DNA of 64,000 bases from an uncultured delta proteobacterium (GTDB lineage: Bacteria; Desulfobacterota; Binatia; Bin18). Shown here one piece after another: positions 42,241 through 53,791 of this stretch. A model generated the notes under the pieces. The model did no database searches. It saw only the letters and a list, made by a program, of their open reading frames with translations, and was not told the DNA's origin. Positions within the stretch are counted from its first letter, which is position 1. The number at the start of each line of letters is the position of its first letter. The position numbers were made by a program, and so were the translations under genes. The stretch covers positions 1-64,000 of the forward strand of contig CAVTCR010000007.1 of NCBI GenBank assembly GCA_963733195.1. The letters are read 5' to 3'.

Positions 42241-42881
42241 CGCGATTTCCACCTGCCCCAGGCGACAGGATACAGATAGATTCCTTATGTGAGATTATAA
42301 AAATAACTCTTTGTTAGTAATAATGTCCTGTGAAGTTGCTCGCTTTCCCTGTCGACGGCTGAGGAAGCGCCTGGGCGTTGTTGTTGGAATGGGACAGCTA
42401 TCGCAGGTGACATCGTTAAGAGTTCTCTCCCTTCCTTCTACCCAATACCCCGATTAACGAGACTCATATTGTTATCGCTTGACCAGTGCGGAACAGCAGT
42501 ATTCCTACGGACGCTGTTGCACAGGAAAGCGAACTGGAAGCAGGAGACTATGACAGCGCTGCATCCATACTTCCTCGTGATGCCAGGCCACAGCCAGAAA
42601 GATCCCCAAAAGTGGGCCATAGATAGTCATAAGCCCCAGGCCAAACAGGAAAAGCGCGCGCGTCATGGTTTACCTCCTCAGCGAGCAGCAGTAAAAAGAA
42701 AAATATAGGCCGTCGCCAATATGCCGACCGAGACCAAGACATCAAATAGTTCCAGACTGCCACATCCTTTCTGGTGTGATTTTCACCCTTTACCTTTGCG
42801 GCTCTCCGCATCGTATTAATGTCACGAGCGGCCGCCGGCGAGGGTCCCCCAGACAGGCGAGACCCTTTTCTACTTATTCAC

Positions 42882-42949
42882 AATGTAACGCTGATGCCCC
42901 ACATCGTCTGTGAGATTCGTGCTACAAATGTTGGAATCCTGCGACAATC
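42882..42949 (-). promoter_or_regulatory. conserved promoter element, copy 9
   Basis: GTCTGTGAGATTCGTGCTACAAATGTTGGAATCCTGCGACAATC at 42906; -10 TACATT. Confidence 0.8.
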
Positions 42950-43356
42950 GTGCCGGGGGACGTTTGGCGGACAGCGGACAGTTACCGGAGGGATACCTGG
43001 TGTCCGCTGGCACAGCGTGCCAGCGGACACTGTCGGCGAGCGCACCGACAAGAATTAACTACGCGATTTGTCTCGATAGGGGGTGAAGGTCTGGGCGCCG
43101 TGAACCCGAAAAGAGCGCACTGTAAGTGACTATGCGTCCGTGTAGAGACTGTTTGTCAATGTGCCGCGAGCTCGATGATTGTACGTTGATCACTACATGT
43201 GAATCATTGTCATACTCTTGTTGCGTGCCTCCAGACGGCCCGGGGACTGCGAAGCGCTTGGGACGCTCCCGAATTTCTTTGACAACGTCCACTTCATGCT
43301 TAGATTCTATGGTACACACAGACTCAGCACGACTGAGCAAAAGGAAGTAACCAGAA

Positions 43357-43845
43357 ATGATGAACAGATTATCTACTTGGCCTATCCCCTTCCGCATTCT
43401 CAACACCTCCCATGATCTAGATGAGATCTTTAGCCGCTTCCTGGGCGACTGGGAACAGGGCAGAATACCGAGGCGTTCGGTGCCCACGGAGTATGTCCCG
43501 CAGGTCGCAAGTTACGTAGATGGGAACAGCATCTGCATCAGAGCGGACCTTCCTGGGGTCGATCCTAAAGAGGTCGAACTCACAGTGAAGGAAAACCAGC
43601 TCACCATCAAGGGCGAGCGCAAAGCAGAGCAGGAGCAGCAGAACGGGAACCGCATCTCTCAGGAGGTGCAGTATGGATCTTTCGCCCGTACCTTCACGCT
43701 GCCGGAGGGAGTGACGGCAGAGGAGCTGCAAGCGCGCTATCACAACGGGGTCCTAGAGGTGACGATACCGTTGCCAGCGGCGAAGCTGCCGAAGAAAGTA
43801 CCAGTACAAATCAAGAGCGAGGAGCACCAGGCAATCGCGTCCTAA
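43357..43845 (+). CDS. Hsp20/alpha-crystallin small heat shock protein
   Basis: ADLPGVDPKEV, LTIKGERK, YGSFARTFTLP, ARYHNGVLEVTIP. Confidence 0.92.
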   Translation: MMNRLSTWPIPFRILNTSHDLDEIFSRFLGDWEQGRIPRRSVPTEYVPQVASYVDGNSICIRADLPGVDPKEVELTVKENQLTIKGERKAEQEQQNGNRISQEVQYGSFARTFTLPEGVTAEELQARYHNGVLEVTIPLPAAKLPKKVPVQIKSEEHQAIAS

Positions 43846-44077
43846 CCGCGACCTCTTGTTGATTAAGGCCAGGAGCCAAGGACTTTCCCTTAGCTCCTAG
43901 TTTTTTCGACGCTGAGGCAAAAAGTCACTTCTGAGGCCATCCCAGAAGATTGGGCAGTGTAATATCAATGACTTCTAGTACGCGAAAAGGGTGATTAAAC
44001 AGATTACCCGCTTGCCCTTTGAGGATGTGACTGTCATGCTCATCTTGATGGCTTGCGCCATCGATATGGAGGCAGCA

Positions 44078-44218
44078 ATGGGAGACAAGTCACTCAAGTC
44101 GAAACAGCGCGATCAGAAGCAGAAGGACGCCGCCAAGGCAGGGAGCGCAGCCACGGCAAAGTCCAAGCAAGACAGCTTCACCCGTCCCCCGCAGCCCGTG
44201 GCGAAGGGCAAAAAATAA
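44078..44218 (+). CDS. small basic hypothetical protein (46 aa)
   Basis: MGDKSLKSKQRDQKQKDAAK... with GGAGG RBS. Confidence 0.6.
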   Translation: MGDKSLKSKQRDQKQKDAAKAGSAATAKSKQDSFTRPPQPVAKGKK

Positions 44219-44298
44219 CTCGCCGGGATAGGCGCTTGCAAAGCGACAAAGAATGAGCGCGCGAGTTCCTCGGTTACCTGCATTAGGTCCTTTGTGTC

Positions 44299-45943
44299 TT
44301 ACGTCCGGGAGAAAGACTGGCAAGCGTTTGCATTCTTGATGGCATACTTTACGTCCGGCACTAATGCAGCGGGAACGCTGAACGACCTGAGCCCTGCTCT
44401 CAACAAACTGGGGATAACATCAATCCGGCCCGCAAGCTCCCCACATAGAGAAACAGGCGTGTCACCGGATTCCCTGATCACTAATTCGATGAGCCGTAGG
44501 ATACTCGGATGGTCGTCGATGAAATACGCCATCACCAGGGGATTCTCTCGACCGGCGGCCATGGTGTATTGGGTGAGATCATTCGAGCCGATGCTGAAAA
44601 AGTCCACGTACTTCTTCAGAGACGGGACTGACAAGGCCGCTGCTGGCGTCTCGATCATCGCACCAAGCCGTGGCAACTTGCGGATGCCCATGTCATCGGC
44701 CAATTGATGGAACCGCTGCGCGACCTGAATCACATCGCTCTCCGTCGTCACCATCGGGATCAGAACTCCAATAGAGAAATGCTGGGATACTTCCAGCACA
44801 GCCCGCAACTGCGCCTCCAACAGCTCGGGATACTCAAGCAGCACACGCACGCCACGCCGTCCCAGAAAGGGATCGGGCTCTGGTGGTAGAGTGAAGGTAG
44901 ATCGGATTCTTGTCGGCGCCAATGTCGAGAAGACGCACGTCAACATATCTGCCTTGTGCCAAGTGAAGACTGTCAAAAAGAAATTCCGCGAATTCTCTGT
45001 CTGAGGGAAAGTGCTTGGTTGAGAGGAAGAAAGGCTCTGTGCGAAACAACCCGATCCCATCAGCACCGCAGTGCATTGCTAGCTCCACATCTTCACGACT
45101 GCGGACATTGGCCATAACCGCGATCTCAATTCCATCCAAAGTAACCGCGTGCGCACTACGACTCACGTGCGCCATCGTCTCCCTGCGCTTTTGCTCTTTG
45201 GTCAAGATCTCTTTCGAACCGTTGCCGGGCGTGAGCGGTTGGGGTTGATCACCGCCGTTCCCTGGTCCCCGTTCACCAGCACGACGTCTCCCGTGTGGAC
45301 AGTTTCTAAGAGTTCAGCAATTCCCCCCACACAGGGAATCCCAAGCTCGCGAGCCAGCAGCGCCGCATGCGCTGCGGGGCCAGCAAATTCTGCCAGGACA
45401 GCGACCGTGGACAAGCGCGAGAGAAACACCGTATCCGAAGGGAGCAAGTGACGGGCGACGAGCACGGTATTCGCAGGCAGGTCTTCGAGGCTATGAGCGT
45501 AAATTCCGGCCAACGACAGCAATAACCTACGGGATAAATCGTCTATATCATCACCGCGCTCCCGAAACATTTGCATTACTCATGTCTCTGAATCTGCGCG
45601 CCAACAGTCTGAATACTGTTCTCACGACCTGCTCAGCATTGATTCTCTCCACTTCCAAGGTTCGTTTGAGTTCCTCCACCACAGAGGGGTCAAGCAGGAT
45701 CTCCTCTTGAGCGCGGAAGATATCCGCCAATTTTTTACCTACCCTCTCCTCAATCCGCTGCGCATCGAGAGTCAGGCTCTGCCGTACATCGTCGATTGCA
45801 TCCTCAATTCGGACCTTCTCTTTCTCGATTTGGGCGTGGTCTATTACATAGAGTTCGGAGTCTCGTTGAAGTATGTCTCTGTAGACAAAAGCCTTCCCCT
45901 GAGCCAGTCCCGGTGAGACACCTTTCCCCACCAATGTGACCAT
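44299..45943 (-). CDS. ptsI: phosphoenolpyruvate-protein phosphotransferase (PTS enzyme I), in four frameshifted pieces
   Basis: GKGVSPGLAQG, AHAALLARELGIP, GADGIGLFRTE, LDIGADK, FLGRRGVR, MIETPAA, SIGSNDLTQY, SLCGELA. Confidence 0.85.
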
Positions 45944-46144
45944 TGTCTCTTTTCTCAACGCTGTCTTCCTCCATTATAGCCCCTTGGCAATCTACTTGGC
46001 CATGATAAACGATTTTGCCTGTAGGGTATCATACTCAGGTCGAAGGTATGAGTATAATAGAGGAAGGAGTGAATACGTAAGTCGGCGGTCCTTGCAGCAC
46101 GGCATATCCTTGAAAATACTGTTCACTCTTCTCTGGAGGATAGG

Positions 46145-46351
46145 ATGAACGAAGATACCTTCAATATGGAAGTGCGGAAATTCCTCAAAAAGGTCGGCGT
46201 CACATCCCAGCGAGAAATCGAGAACGCGGTCAAAGAGGCGGTAAAGGGCGGGCACCTGGCTGGGAACGAGAAACTCAAGGCGCGCGTGACGCTCGAAGTC
46301 ACAGACGTACATCTGGAACTGGTGATTGAAGATGATATTGCCTTGTCCTAA
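46145..46351 (+). CDS. DUF6494-like small protein
   Basis: MNEDTFNMEVRKFLKKVGVTSQREIE. Confidence 0.75.
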   Translation: MNEDTFNMEVRKFLKKVGVTSQREIENAVKEAVKGGHLAGNEKLKARVTLEVTDVHLELVIEDDIALS

Positions 46352-46399
46352 ATAGAACCATACGACATTCGTACACTCGACAACGTGACCACTCATTCT

Positions 46400-46490
46400 T
46401 GTCATTCTGAGCCCTTCGACTACGCTCAGGATAAACTCCGCGAAGAAATCTCTCTGAGAGACCTTTCACTTCGTTCAGGGTGACAAATCT
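46400..46490. repeat. REP-like composite palindromic element
   Basis: TGTCATTCTGAG...GCGAAGAA...CTTCGTTCAGGGTGACA; related copies at 40445-40535, 49445-49553 and (inner part) 12403-12430. Confidence 0.7.
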
Positions 46491-46516
46491 CGTGTCTCAA
46501 TCTTTTGTGGCCTAAT

Positions 46517-47266
46517 TTAGCGTTCATGTAGAAAAGCGGAGAGCAGGTCGATCGGCAGCGGAAATAGCGTAGTCGAGTTATTCTCCGTCGCGACTTCGGC
46601 GAGGGTCTGGAGGTAGCGCAACTGGAGCGCGACCGGGTGCGGCTCAATAATCCGCGCGGCGTCGACTAAGCGCTGCGCCGCCTGAAATTCGCCCTCCGCG
46701 TTGATTACCTTAGCTCGTCGTTTGCGTTCGGCTTCGGCTTGTTTGGCAATCGCTCGCTGCATATCCTGCGGCAGGTCGATTTGTTTGACCTCCACCACTG
46801 ACACTTTGATGCCCCATGGTTCGGTCTGCGTGTCGAGGATTTCCTGTATACGCGCGTTAATTTTTTCCCGTTCTGCCAGTAGTGCATCTAACTCGACCTG
46901 TCCACATACGCTGCGTAGCGTAGTCTGCGCGAGCTGGGATGTCGCAAAAAGATAGTTTTCGATCTCCACTATAGCTTTATTGGGATCAACAACGCGAAAA
47001 TACAAGACCGCACTAACCTTCAGTGATACATTGTCACGCGTAATCACATCTTGGATGGGAACCTCCAACGTAATCGTCCGCAAGGCTATCCTGACCATCT
47101 GTTCCACCAACGGGATCACGTAAATGATGCCCGGCCCACGGCAAGGAACCAAGCGGCCGAGCCGGAAGATGACCGCCCGTTCATACTCGCGCAGAATCTT
47201 GAGACCACTCACAAGCACCACTACCCCAAGCAGCACCAAAGGGATAACCGCGCCAAAACTACCCAT
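46517..47266 (-). CDS. SPFH/slipin (stomatin-like) protein
   Basis: [58 protein letters not shown]. Confidence 0.92.
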   Translation of the reverse strand: MGSFGAVIPLVLLGVVVLVSGLKILREYERAVIFRLGRLVPCRGPGIIYVIPLVEQMVRIALRTITLEVPIQDVITRDNVSLKVSAVLYFRVVDPNKAIVEIENYLFATSQLAQTTLRSVCGQVELDALLAEREKINARIQEILDTQTEPWGIKVSVVEVKQIDLPQDMQRAIAKQAEAERKRRAKVINAEGEFQAAQRLVDAARIIEPHPVALQLRYLQTLAEVATENNSTTLFPLPIDLLSAFLHER

Positions 47267-47309
47267 GATTAGTCCTCTGTAAGTAGAAGCAAAAACTGTT
47301 AGGAGGGGA

Positions 47310-48667
47310 ATCGAGTAAGGCCTGCTCATTCCGGCCTTCGGCATAGGCAAGCCAAGCAGCCGCCGTGCGTCGCTGAATCTCAACCTGTTCCGCCCAGTAG
47401 CTTTGCTTTGCCTCAGCTAACGCATCGTGGAGGGACTGGAGCTTCTCGACCTCCTTTTGGGCCTGGGCGCTGTCACCGCTGCGGGCAGCGCCAAGGGCAC
47501 GGGCAAAATACACATTAGCCTCGGCCCAGCGGTAGCGGCTCCAGGGGAATGTCCTAGGGTGCAACGTTAACGAGGCTGCTTCAGTCCACGCACGCCGTTC
47601 GAGCGCGTAGCGGGCTGGAATCGCTGTAAAGGCATAAGCTGAGCCCCGCTCCTCCGGTTCGGCTTTCTGTACCACCTTGAGGTCGATCAAGAACACCCTT
47701 CGCCTCTTGTTCTTGCGCGCCCTGCAAGTACGCATACACTAGATAGTCTAGGGCAATGCAGCTCTTGAAACCACGTGCGGCCCGGGAACTGCCTTTAATC
47801 CATACTCTTTGGCGGCAGAGGCAGAGGCGCGGTTCGAGTCAATGGCCTCCTGCCACAGCCCGAGCCGAATAAAGATGTGAGAGGGCATGTGCAGTGCGTG
47901 CGGCGCCGTGGGAGCAATCTTCGCATAGCTGCGGGCGGCGGACCAGTGCCCGGTCCGCCAGCGGTGGGTAGTCGTAACTATGGATGAGGTAGTGCGCCAC
48001 TCCGGGATGATTCGGTTCCGCTGTAAACACCTTCTCCAGAATCGCGCCAGCCTTTTGCTGATTCGCGTAGGTCTTGTCGGTCGGCAGCGCCGTCGCGTCG
48101 AGCGCCAGCGTGTAGAAGACCGCCGCCTCGTGATCCTCCGGATAGCGGAGGTACACCTGTTCCATCGCCTTCTCGTAGGCCAGAGCCCGCGTGCGATAGT
48201 CACGCTTATCCGCCTCCTTGTAAAAAGCCTCGATCGCTGCGATATAGTCCCGCTCACGGTCGGTCTTTGCGCCTACGGCTTTTGCCTTGGCGACGGCCTC
48301 CCAGCCGTGCTGCAAAGCCGTTGCGTCAGGTGGTTCCCAGAGGGGATGGTAGAGGCTCATAGCGATGCCCCAGTAGCCCATGGCGCAACCGGGGTCTGTC
48401 ACGGTGACTGTGGTAAACGCCTTCCCCGCCTCCTCGAACCAGAAGGAGTGCTGGATGGCGACCGCGCGCTGAAACTGCGCTTGCGCTTCCGCATTGCACG
48501 AGACGGCAAAGTTCACGGTCCCAAGTTGTTCAGGATTCCCAGCCGGATGCTGGTGTTCTTCGTGCGCTGAGACCCAAGTAGCGAGAGCGAGAATGACCCA
48601 AGCAAACAGCAACCACTGCGAAACTGGCCTGATACCTCTATTACTAGGAGTGGCGTTGTTGGTTCAT
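47310..48667 (-). pseudogene. secreted TPR-like protein, frameshifted and C-terminally truncated
   Basis: LGTVNFAVSC, HSFWF, PNHPGVAHYLIHSYD, APHALHMPSHIF, IPARYALER; breaks off just upstream of the SPFH gene. Confidence 0.7.
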
Positions 48668-48779
48668 ACAGTTCTCCTTTCGCTAATGCCCGTATTTGCG
48701 TGTAATACCCAACGCTTACTGGAAGGGACTCAGCTCAATGGTGTGCTTGCACAGGCGTGCAAAATAAGTGCTATTTCAC

Positions 48780-49334
48780 TCATGCCCTAAGCAAGGAGAA
48801 CGCCAGGAAGTCCTTCAGGATGCTTTCGCTCCCGTCCTCCGCTCCTCCCTCGAGTGCAGGGTTGAGGCGTTGCCAGACTATCTCTCCGTGGACCGACACG
48901 CCTACACTCCAATGAGCCTGTCGGAGGGTAGCGGCATGATACGGATGAGGGGAGGTCAACACGCGGACCGTAGGGGCGAGAAGATCGGCCCGAAAGGGAG
49001 GTGCCGCATCTATTTCAAACTCAATCGTGGGACTCTCCTCTTGCAAACCTCTCACACTCAACAACGTGCCCCGACGCATGTAGGTGGTCGTTCCCTGTGG
49101 ACTCTGGGCGTAGGACAACACGCTCAGGTCAGGGAAACGTTGCGTGTGTTTGAGCGCCTGGACTAATCTGGTGAGAATGCGCACGACTTGATCCATCCCG
49201 TTGACCCAGACGGTCTCGGCTTGGGTTTGACTCAAGCGGCTCGCGTGCTGTTGTTGTTCCTGCGCCTGCGTTTTGCGCTCGGCTATAGCAGCCATCTCTT
49301 GTGCCCACGCGGCCAGGGATCGAGAGTTCTCCAT
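48780..49334 (-). CDS. hypothetical protein
   Basis: 184-aa ORF with AAGGAG RBS. Confidence 0.6.
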   Translation of the reverse strand: MENSRSLAAWAQEMAAIAERKTQAQEQQQHASRLSQTQAETVWVNGMDQVVRILTRLVQALKHTQRFPDLSVLSYAQSPQGTTTYMRRGTLLSVRGLQEESPTIEFEIDAAPPFRADLLAPTVRVLTSPHPYHAATLRQAHWSVGVSVHGEIVWQRLNPALEGGAEDGSESILKDFLAFSLLRA

Positions 49335-49584
49335 AGAGCGATTTCTCCTTTTCGGTCGGCCCGCCGAGCGGTTGCATGGGGCCGTTCCCTGCTAAACCAG
49401 AAGGCATGACATTGGTACACTTTACGATACGACTACTCTGCCATGTCATTCTGAGTGCAGCGAAGAACCCTTCGACTGCGCTCACCTGTGCCTGCGGCAC
49501 TGGCTCAGGCAGGACAGGTCTCTCTGAGACCCTTCACTTCGTTCAGGGTGACAACTCCGGCGTGCCAATCTCTTGCAGTCCGGT

Positions 49585-49935
49585 TTAGGCCAGCGCATCG
49601 CGGGCGTCGTGGACTTCGGGGAGCTGCCCCAGCGCCTGGGCAAAGTGGTGCACGGTGTCGTGATGATCCGTGTCGTCCAGGAACGCCTGCCAGGCTTTCT
49701 TATGAGTCTTCAGAAACGCCTCTCCTTTTGGAGTGAGGCGAAAGGGTGACGCTCCGACCCTGGAGCAGATCAAATCTTTGCGCCACAGCGCGCCGGTCGC
49801 GGCACCGACCGCTGCCTTGCCACGCACGTCGCCCCAATACCAGCCTGAGGTACGTGAGTCCGTCTGTACGGCTTCCAGCACTTCTAAGCAGTGCACTGTC
49901 TGTCCGACATCCATTTCTAATAGTTGGTTCATCAT
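49585..49935 (-). CDS. hypothetical protein (possible winged-helix)
   Basis: 116-aa ORF with GAGGAG RBS; FRLTPKGEAFL. Confidence 0.55.
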   Translation of the reverse strand: MMNQLLEMDVGQTVHCLEVLEAVQTDSRTSGWYWGDVRGKAAVGAATGALWRKDLICSRVGASPFRLTPKGEAFLKTHKKAWQAFLDDTDHHDTVHHFAQALGQLPEVHDARDALA

Positions 49936-50182
49936 AGCTCCTCTTATTTCACGCGCTGTCTGTACACTCGCGTGAGGTTAATGGTGGAGACTCGCGTTTC
50001 TTCGTACTCGATTTTCGCTCTGAAGAGCGAGCCCTACGTTAAGAGTTATCGCACTCGTTCGGTAGCAAAGAGAGGCTTTTGCACTGAGAAGCAGAGACAG
50101 ACCCGACAGAAGATAATCCTCCACCACCGCCAGAGTTGTCCGATATGTCCGCATTTCCTACACATAGTGCCTCGCTGTCTAT

Positions 50183-50647
50183 TTACATGTGCACGCGTAA
50201 CACCCGAGGAGTGGTAACGAAACGGCGAATCTTCTTGAGTGGCACGTTCCTCCAGGACGGGAGGTCCCGCAGTAACGCTTCTCGAACCGCTACAGGCTCT
50301 AGTCCAAGTACCTCACAAATAGATACGAACGCAAATGGCCAGTGGACATCTTCACTCAAAAACCAGGCCTCCGCCTCTTGTGCCAAGCGTCGGCCCCGGT
50401 GTCCTGTCGAGATAAAATGACCTTGCAGACACAGCAGTGCATCTTCCAGTACTGCCCGCATCAGCGCTGCCTCGGGACATAGAGTGCCCACGTTCACACG
50501 AGGGCCGAAGAATTGCTCTGGGAGGAGACTGTCGTCGGGTATTTGCGCACGTCGCCGATTCACAGCGGCAGCCGCGGCGGGAACAGCGCGTGTTGGTACG
50601 ATGCGGAGTAATGGACTGCGGGAAGCGAGGAAACCTGTGGTACTCAT
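50183..50647 (-). CDS. hypothetical protein
   Basis: LLPEQFF..EAALMRAVLEDA..EAEAWF..FVSICEVLGLEP pattern looks like a conserved family. Confidence 0.7.
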   Translation of the reverse strand: MSTTGFLASRSPLLRIVPTRAVPAAAAAVNRRRAQIPDDSLLPEQFFGPRVNVGTLCPEAALMRAVLEDALLCLQGHFISTGHRGRRLAQEAEAWFLSEDVHWPFAFVSICEVLGLEPVAVREALLRDLPSWRNVPLKKIRRFVTTPRVLRVHM

Positions 50648-50740
50648 ATTAGCCTTTTGTCGTGTTCGCCTTGGCAACAATAGTGAGGAGTGAGGTACAA
50701 TAGGACTGCTTCGAGAAGAATAGGTGCGTCCTGTCTTCTT

Positions 50741-51958
50741 TTACCTTTTTACCACCACCAGTTCCAAGCGACGGTTTTTCGCCCGTCCCTCTTCGGTATC
50801 GTTTGACGCGCGGGGATGGGCCTGGCCGTAGCCCGCGGTCGTCAGGCGGGGTGCGTCAATTCCTCTACGAATTAGCGCGGCTTTCACTGCTTCCGCTTGG
50901 TCCAGGGATAACTTCGTGTTACCCGCAATGTCACCCCTGCTGTCACTATACCCGTCGAGCTGCACCTCCGTCGTTGGATAGGCTGTCAGGATGGTGCTCA
51001 GCTCCTTCACGGTCTGTTCCGACTCAGGCGTTAGGGTTGGTGTGCCGGAGATGAAGTAGACATGGTCAAAGACAAAGGTCTTGGGAACTACCGTCGCCGT
51101 GGCGTCTCCTAAAAACGTGGCGAGGTTGGAGGTAAAGGAGCCTGCTCGCAAGGAGAGGACGGCTCCATCTGGTAGCGTGACCGTTGAACGTGTTGTTGGC
51201 GATCCCAGTGCAAGTTTTGCTATCTGGGGTGAGGCGGATGTCCGTAGCAGCGTAGCCTCTGTCCCTTGTCCCCATAACAAATAGACCACACTCAGCGCCA
51301 CGACGCCGAGAAGCAGTGCCCACCATGGCGGCCACGCACTTCTTTCGCCTCTTTTTTCCCACGTCGCCCACGTTTTTTCGTTCGGTGCCATCCATGTTGT
51401 CGTACCAGGACGCTCTGCGCCGAGATTCGTCCCAAGAACGCTGGCCAACCCCGCCGGCGCTAGTTCCGCGATGCCCTCCTTCTGGCCCAGTAGCAACGTT
51501 GTGAGCCCGACAGCGTTGAGTCCCTGCGCCGTCCGTGCGCGCGCGACAACACCCAAGACCACGGGTGCCGCTAGGCTCAGCAGAGACGACGCAGAGGTAT
51601 TTTTGATGCCACTTGACGTGGTAATCAACTCACTCACGGCAGGCAGCTTACCAGCGAACACCAAGCTCAGAATGTTCCGGCCGGAGCTCATCATCCTCTC
51701 CGCTGTGTTGCCCTCATTCAGCAAGCCAGACAGGTTGTTTAAGACATTCCCATAATCGCCGTGGGTGATGAGATCAACGAGTTGGGTGGCACCGCTTCCG
51801 GAGGAAGAGAAATTCATAACGCCAGCGAGCAGGGTGGGCAGAACCTCGTCGACGGCCTTTTGCGTATTGACCGGGCTCTCACCCAGGAGCGAGCTGAGAT
51901 GTTGCACCATATCGGGAGTCAACTGTGTTTTGATATCGCTTAACAAACTTGTAGCCAT
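50741..51958 (-). CDS. DUF937 + OmpA/MotB peptidoglycan-binding domain protein
   Basis: N-terminal helical DUF937-like region, TM helix, C-terminal DGYSDSRG..NTKLS..GYGQAHPRASNDTEEGRAKNRRLEL. Confidence 0.88.
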   Translation of the reverse strand: MATSLLSDIKTQLTPDMVQHLSSLLGESPVNTQKAVDEVLPTLLAGVMNFSSSGSGATQLVDLITHGDYGNVLNNLSGLLNEGNTAERMMSSGRNILSLVFAGKLPAVSELITTSSGIKNTSASSLLSLAAPVVLGVVARARTAQGLNAVGLTTLLLGQKEGIAELAPAGLASVLGTNLGAERPGTTTWMAPNEKTWATWEKRGERSAWPPWWALLLGVVALSVVYLLWGQGTEATLLRTSASPQIAKLALGSPTTRSTVTLPDGAVLSLRAGSFTSNLATFLGDATATVVPKTFVFDHVYFISGTPTLTPESEQTVKELSTILTAYPTTEVQLDGYSDSRGDIAGNTKLSLDQAEAVKAALIRRGIDAPRLTTAGYGQAHPRASNDTEEGRAKNRRLELVVVKR

Positions 51959-52106
51959 AGATTCCTTCCTCTGAGAGACTCCAGGCCTCTCTGCAAATGG
52001 TAGGGTGGGCACCCCACGTGCGTATCGGCAATGGGGTATTGAGAAATCGGTAACGAGAACGCTACTTACGAAACGCTTCTCGTTTCGGGTGCCTATTGGT
52101 CCCTAG

Positions 52107-52174
52107 ATAATAAGCTCAGCATTCTGCGGCGTCTGTGAGAATCGTGCTGAAAATGTTGTAATCTTGCGATAATC
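52107..52174 (-). promoter_or_regulatory. conserved promoter element, copy 10 (most diverged full copy)
   Basis: GTCTGTGAGAATCGTGCTGAAAATGTTGTAATCTTGCGATAATC at 52131; -10 TATTAT at the same spacing. Confidence 0.75.
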
Positions 52175-52688
52175 GTGTGGGGGAGAGGAAAGAGCATCAG
52201 TCCTGATGTACGAGCGCACGCGCAGCTTCTGGTAGACCTGGTTTTCGTTTTAAGGCCAAATGTCGGTTTTTTGGGCTGCCCTGCTCCGCGTATGGGTTCC
52301 TTCTCCCTGTGGGGGAAGGTCACGGATGAGGGAAGCAAGAAGCAAGAAGTCCCTTGTTTCACCCCCTCACCCTAAGTACAATCGTCAGTGTGAGAGGATG
52401 AGGGGTTGTCATTGCGAGCTAGCGAAGCAATCTCTGTGGAGGGAGTGTGGGTTACAGAGATTGGCTTAGGACGTCGCTCACGCTCCTCGCAACTGAACCC
52501 CTCAACCGACCACCCGGACGCAGCTACCTAAATGCGCCAGGCCCACACGAGCGTCTAGGGCACACGACCGATACCGAAACCGCTCATCCTGAGCGTACCG
52601 CAGCGAAGTCGAAAGGCGGGCAGAGATCTTTACGGCACATCTCATTTAGGTTCACTATATGTCTGTTAGGAGCACTATGACCGCAGCG

Positions 52689-52958
52689 TCAGGCGACACG
52701 ATTTGGTCTCCGCATGAAGCTCACCAACCACAGCAGCAAAGAGGACCCTATGATAGCGGTCACCCAACTCCCCAGACTCCAAAACTGATAAGGATCGGGA
52801 TCCTGGGTAAGCATTCCCCATAAAAAGCCACCGAGGACGGCGCCGACAACGCCAACAATGATATTGAGCAGGATTCCTTGCTGGGCGTCGGTGCCCATGA
52901 TTTTACTAGCAATCCAACCAACCAGACCGCCGAAGATTAACCAACCGATGATACTCAT
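52689..52958 (-). CDS. GlsB/YeaQ/YmgE membrane protein, copy 2
   Basis: Near-identical to 33356..33628. Confidence 0.9.
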   Translation of the reverse strand: MSIIGWLIFGGLVGWIASKIMGTDAQQGILLNIIVGVVGAVLGGFLWGMLTQDPDPYQFWSLGSWVTAIIGSSLLLWLVSFMRRPNRVA

Positions 52959-53109
52959 ATGTCTATCCTTTCCAATCTAACAGCAAATCCGCATTGGACA
53001 GCTAAGCCGTCACGTTTTTCGAGCATATCGCGCAGCCACTTTGTTCTCTTTGTCACTAGAAGTTTACTTGACAAGTCCCACTAACCTCCTGAAGGACAGA
53101 CCACAGGAA

Positions 53110-53322
53110 TTACTTTGTCTTGTCAGTGACGGCACGATCGAGTTCTTTCCCGGCCTTCTCTGCCGGCCCAGGCGGATTCACCGCGTCTTTCATCTTTTCA
53201 ACCGCTTGGTCGACCTCTTTGCCAGCCCGCTCGGCTGGTCCTTGACGCTCACAGCCGGTAGCCAGGAACGCACCACCGATTATTAGTGTGGTACCCAATA
53301 CTATTGCTGCGATCTTTTTCAC
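53110..53322 (-). CDS. small lipoprotein, copy 2 (GTG start)
   Basis: Near-identical to 36802..37014. Confidence 0.8.
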   Translation of the reverse strand: MKKIAAIVLGTTLIIGGAFLATGCERQGPAERAGKEVDQAVEKMKDAVNPPGPAEKAGKELDRAVTDKTK

Positions 53323-53383
53323 TGTGATTCTCCCTTCTGCTCCGCACGCGCTGTCTGCGTGTGCAGTTTTTAATGACGTGCTT

Positions 53384-53563
53384 CTAGAGTTCGTGCTTCA
53401 CGACCGATCCGTGACGCCCGGTGATCAGGCTGACGGTGGACCCGACTAAAAAGACGACAAACAAGATCCAGGCGATATGACTGGCAGTCCCGGCTAAGCC
53501 AGTAAATCCTAGTACAGCGGCGATCAGTGCAAGAATGAGAAACGTCATTGTCCAAGTTAACAT
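53384..53563 (-). CDS. DUF1328 small membrane protein, copy 2
   Basis: [40 protein letters not shown]...VVKHEL*. Confidence 0.85.
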   Translation of the reverse strand: MLTWTMTFLILALIAAVLGFTGLAGTASHIAWILFVVFLVGSTVSLITGRHGSVVKHEL

Positions 53564-53791
53564 AAGGTTATCCTCTCCTTTCTGTAATGAGAGTGCTTAC
53601 CAAAAACGTCCAAGTCCAGTTCAACATGTAATGACCCTCCTTTCTGTGTTTTTTTGCTATTCGTGTGGTGTTCCGGTGACTTGCTGATTGCGGACCGCAT
53701 TACTTCACCTGCGCGTGCGGCCACCGACTGTGGTCTCGTAGGGAAAGGGTGAGGGGTCCGAGCCAGGCGAGACCTTTTTCTACTTGTTCCC

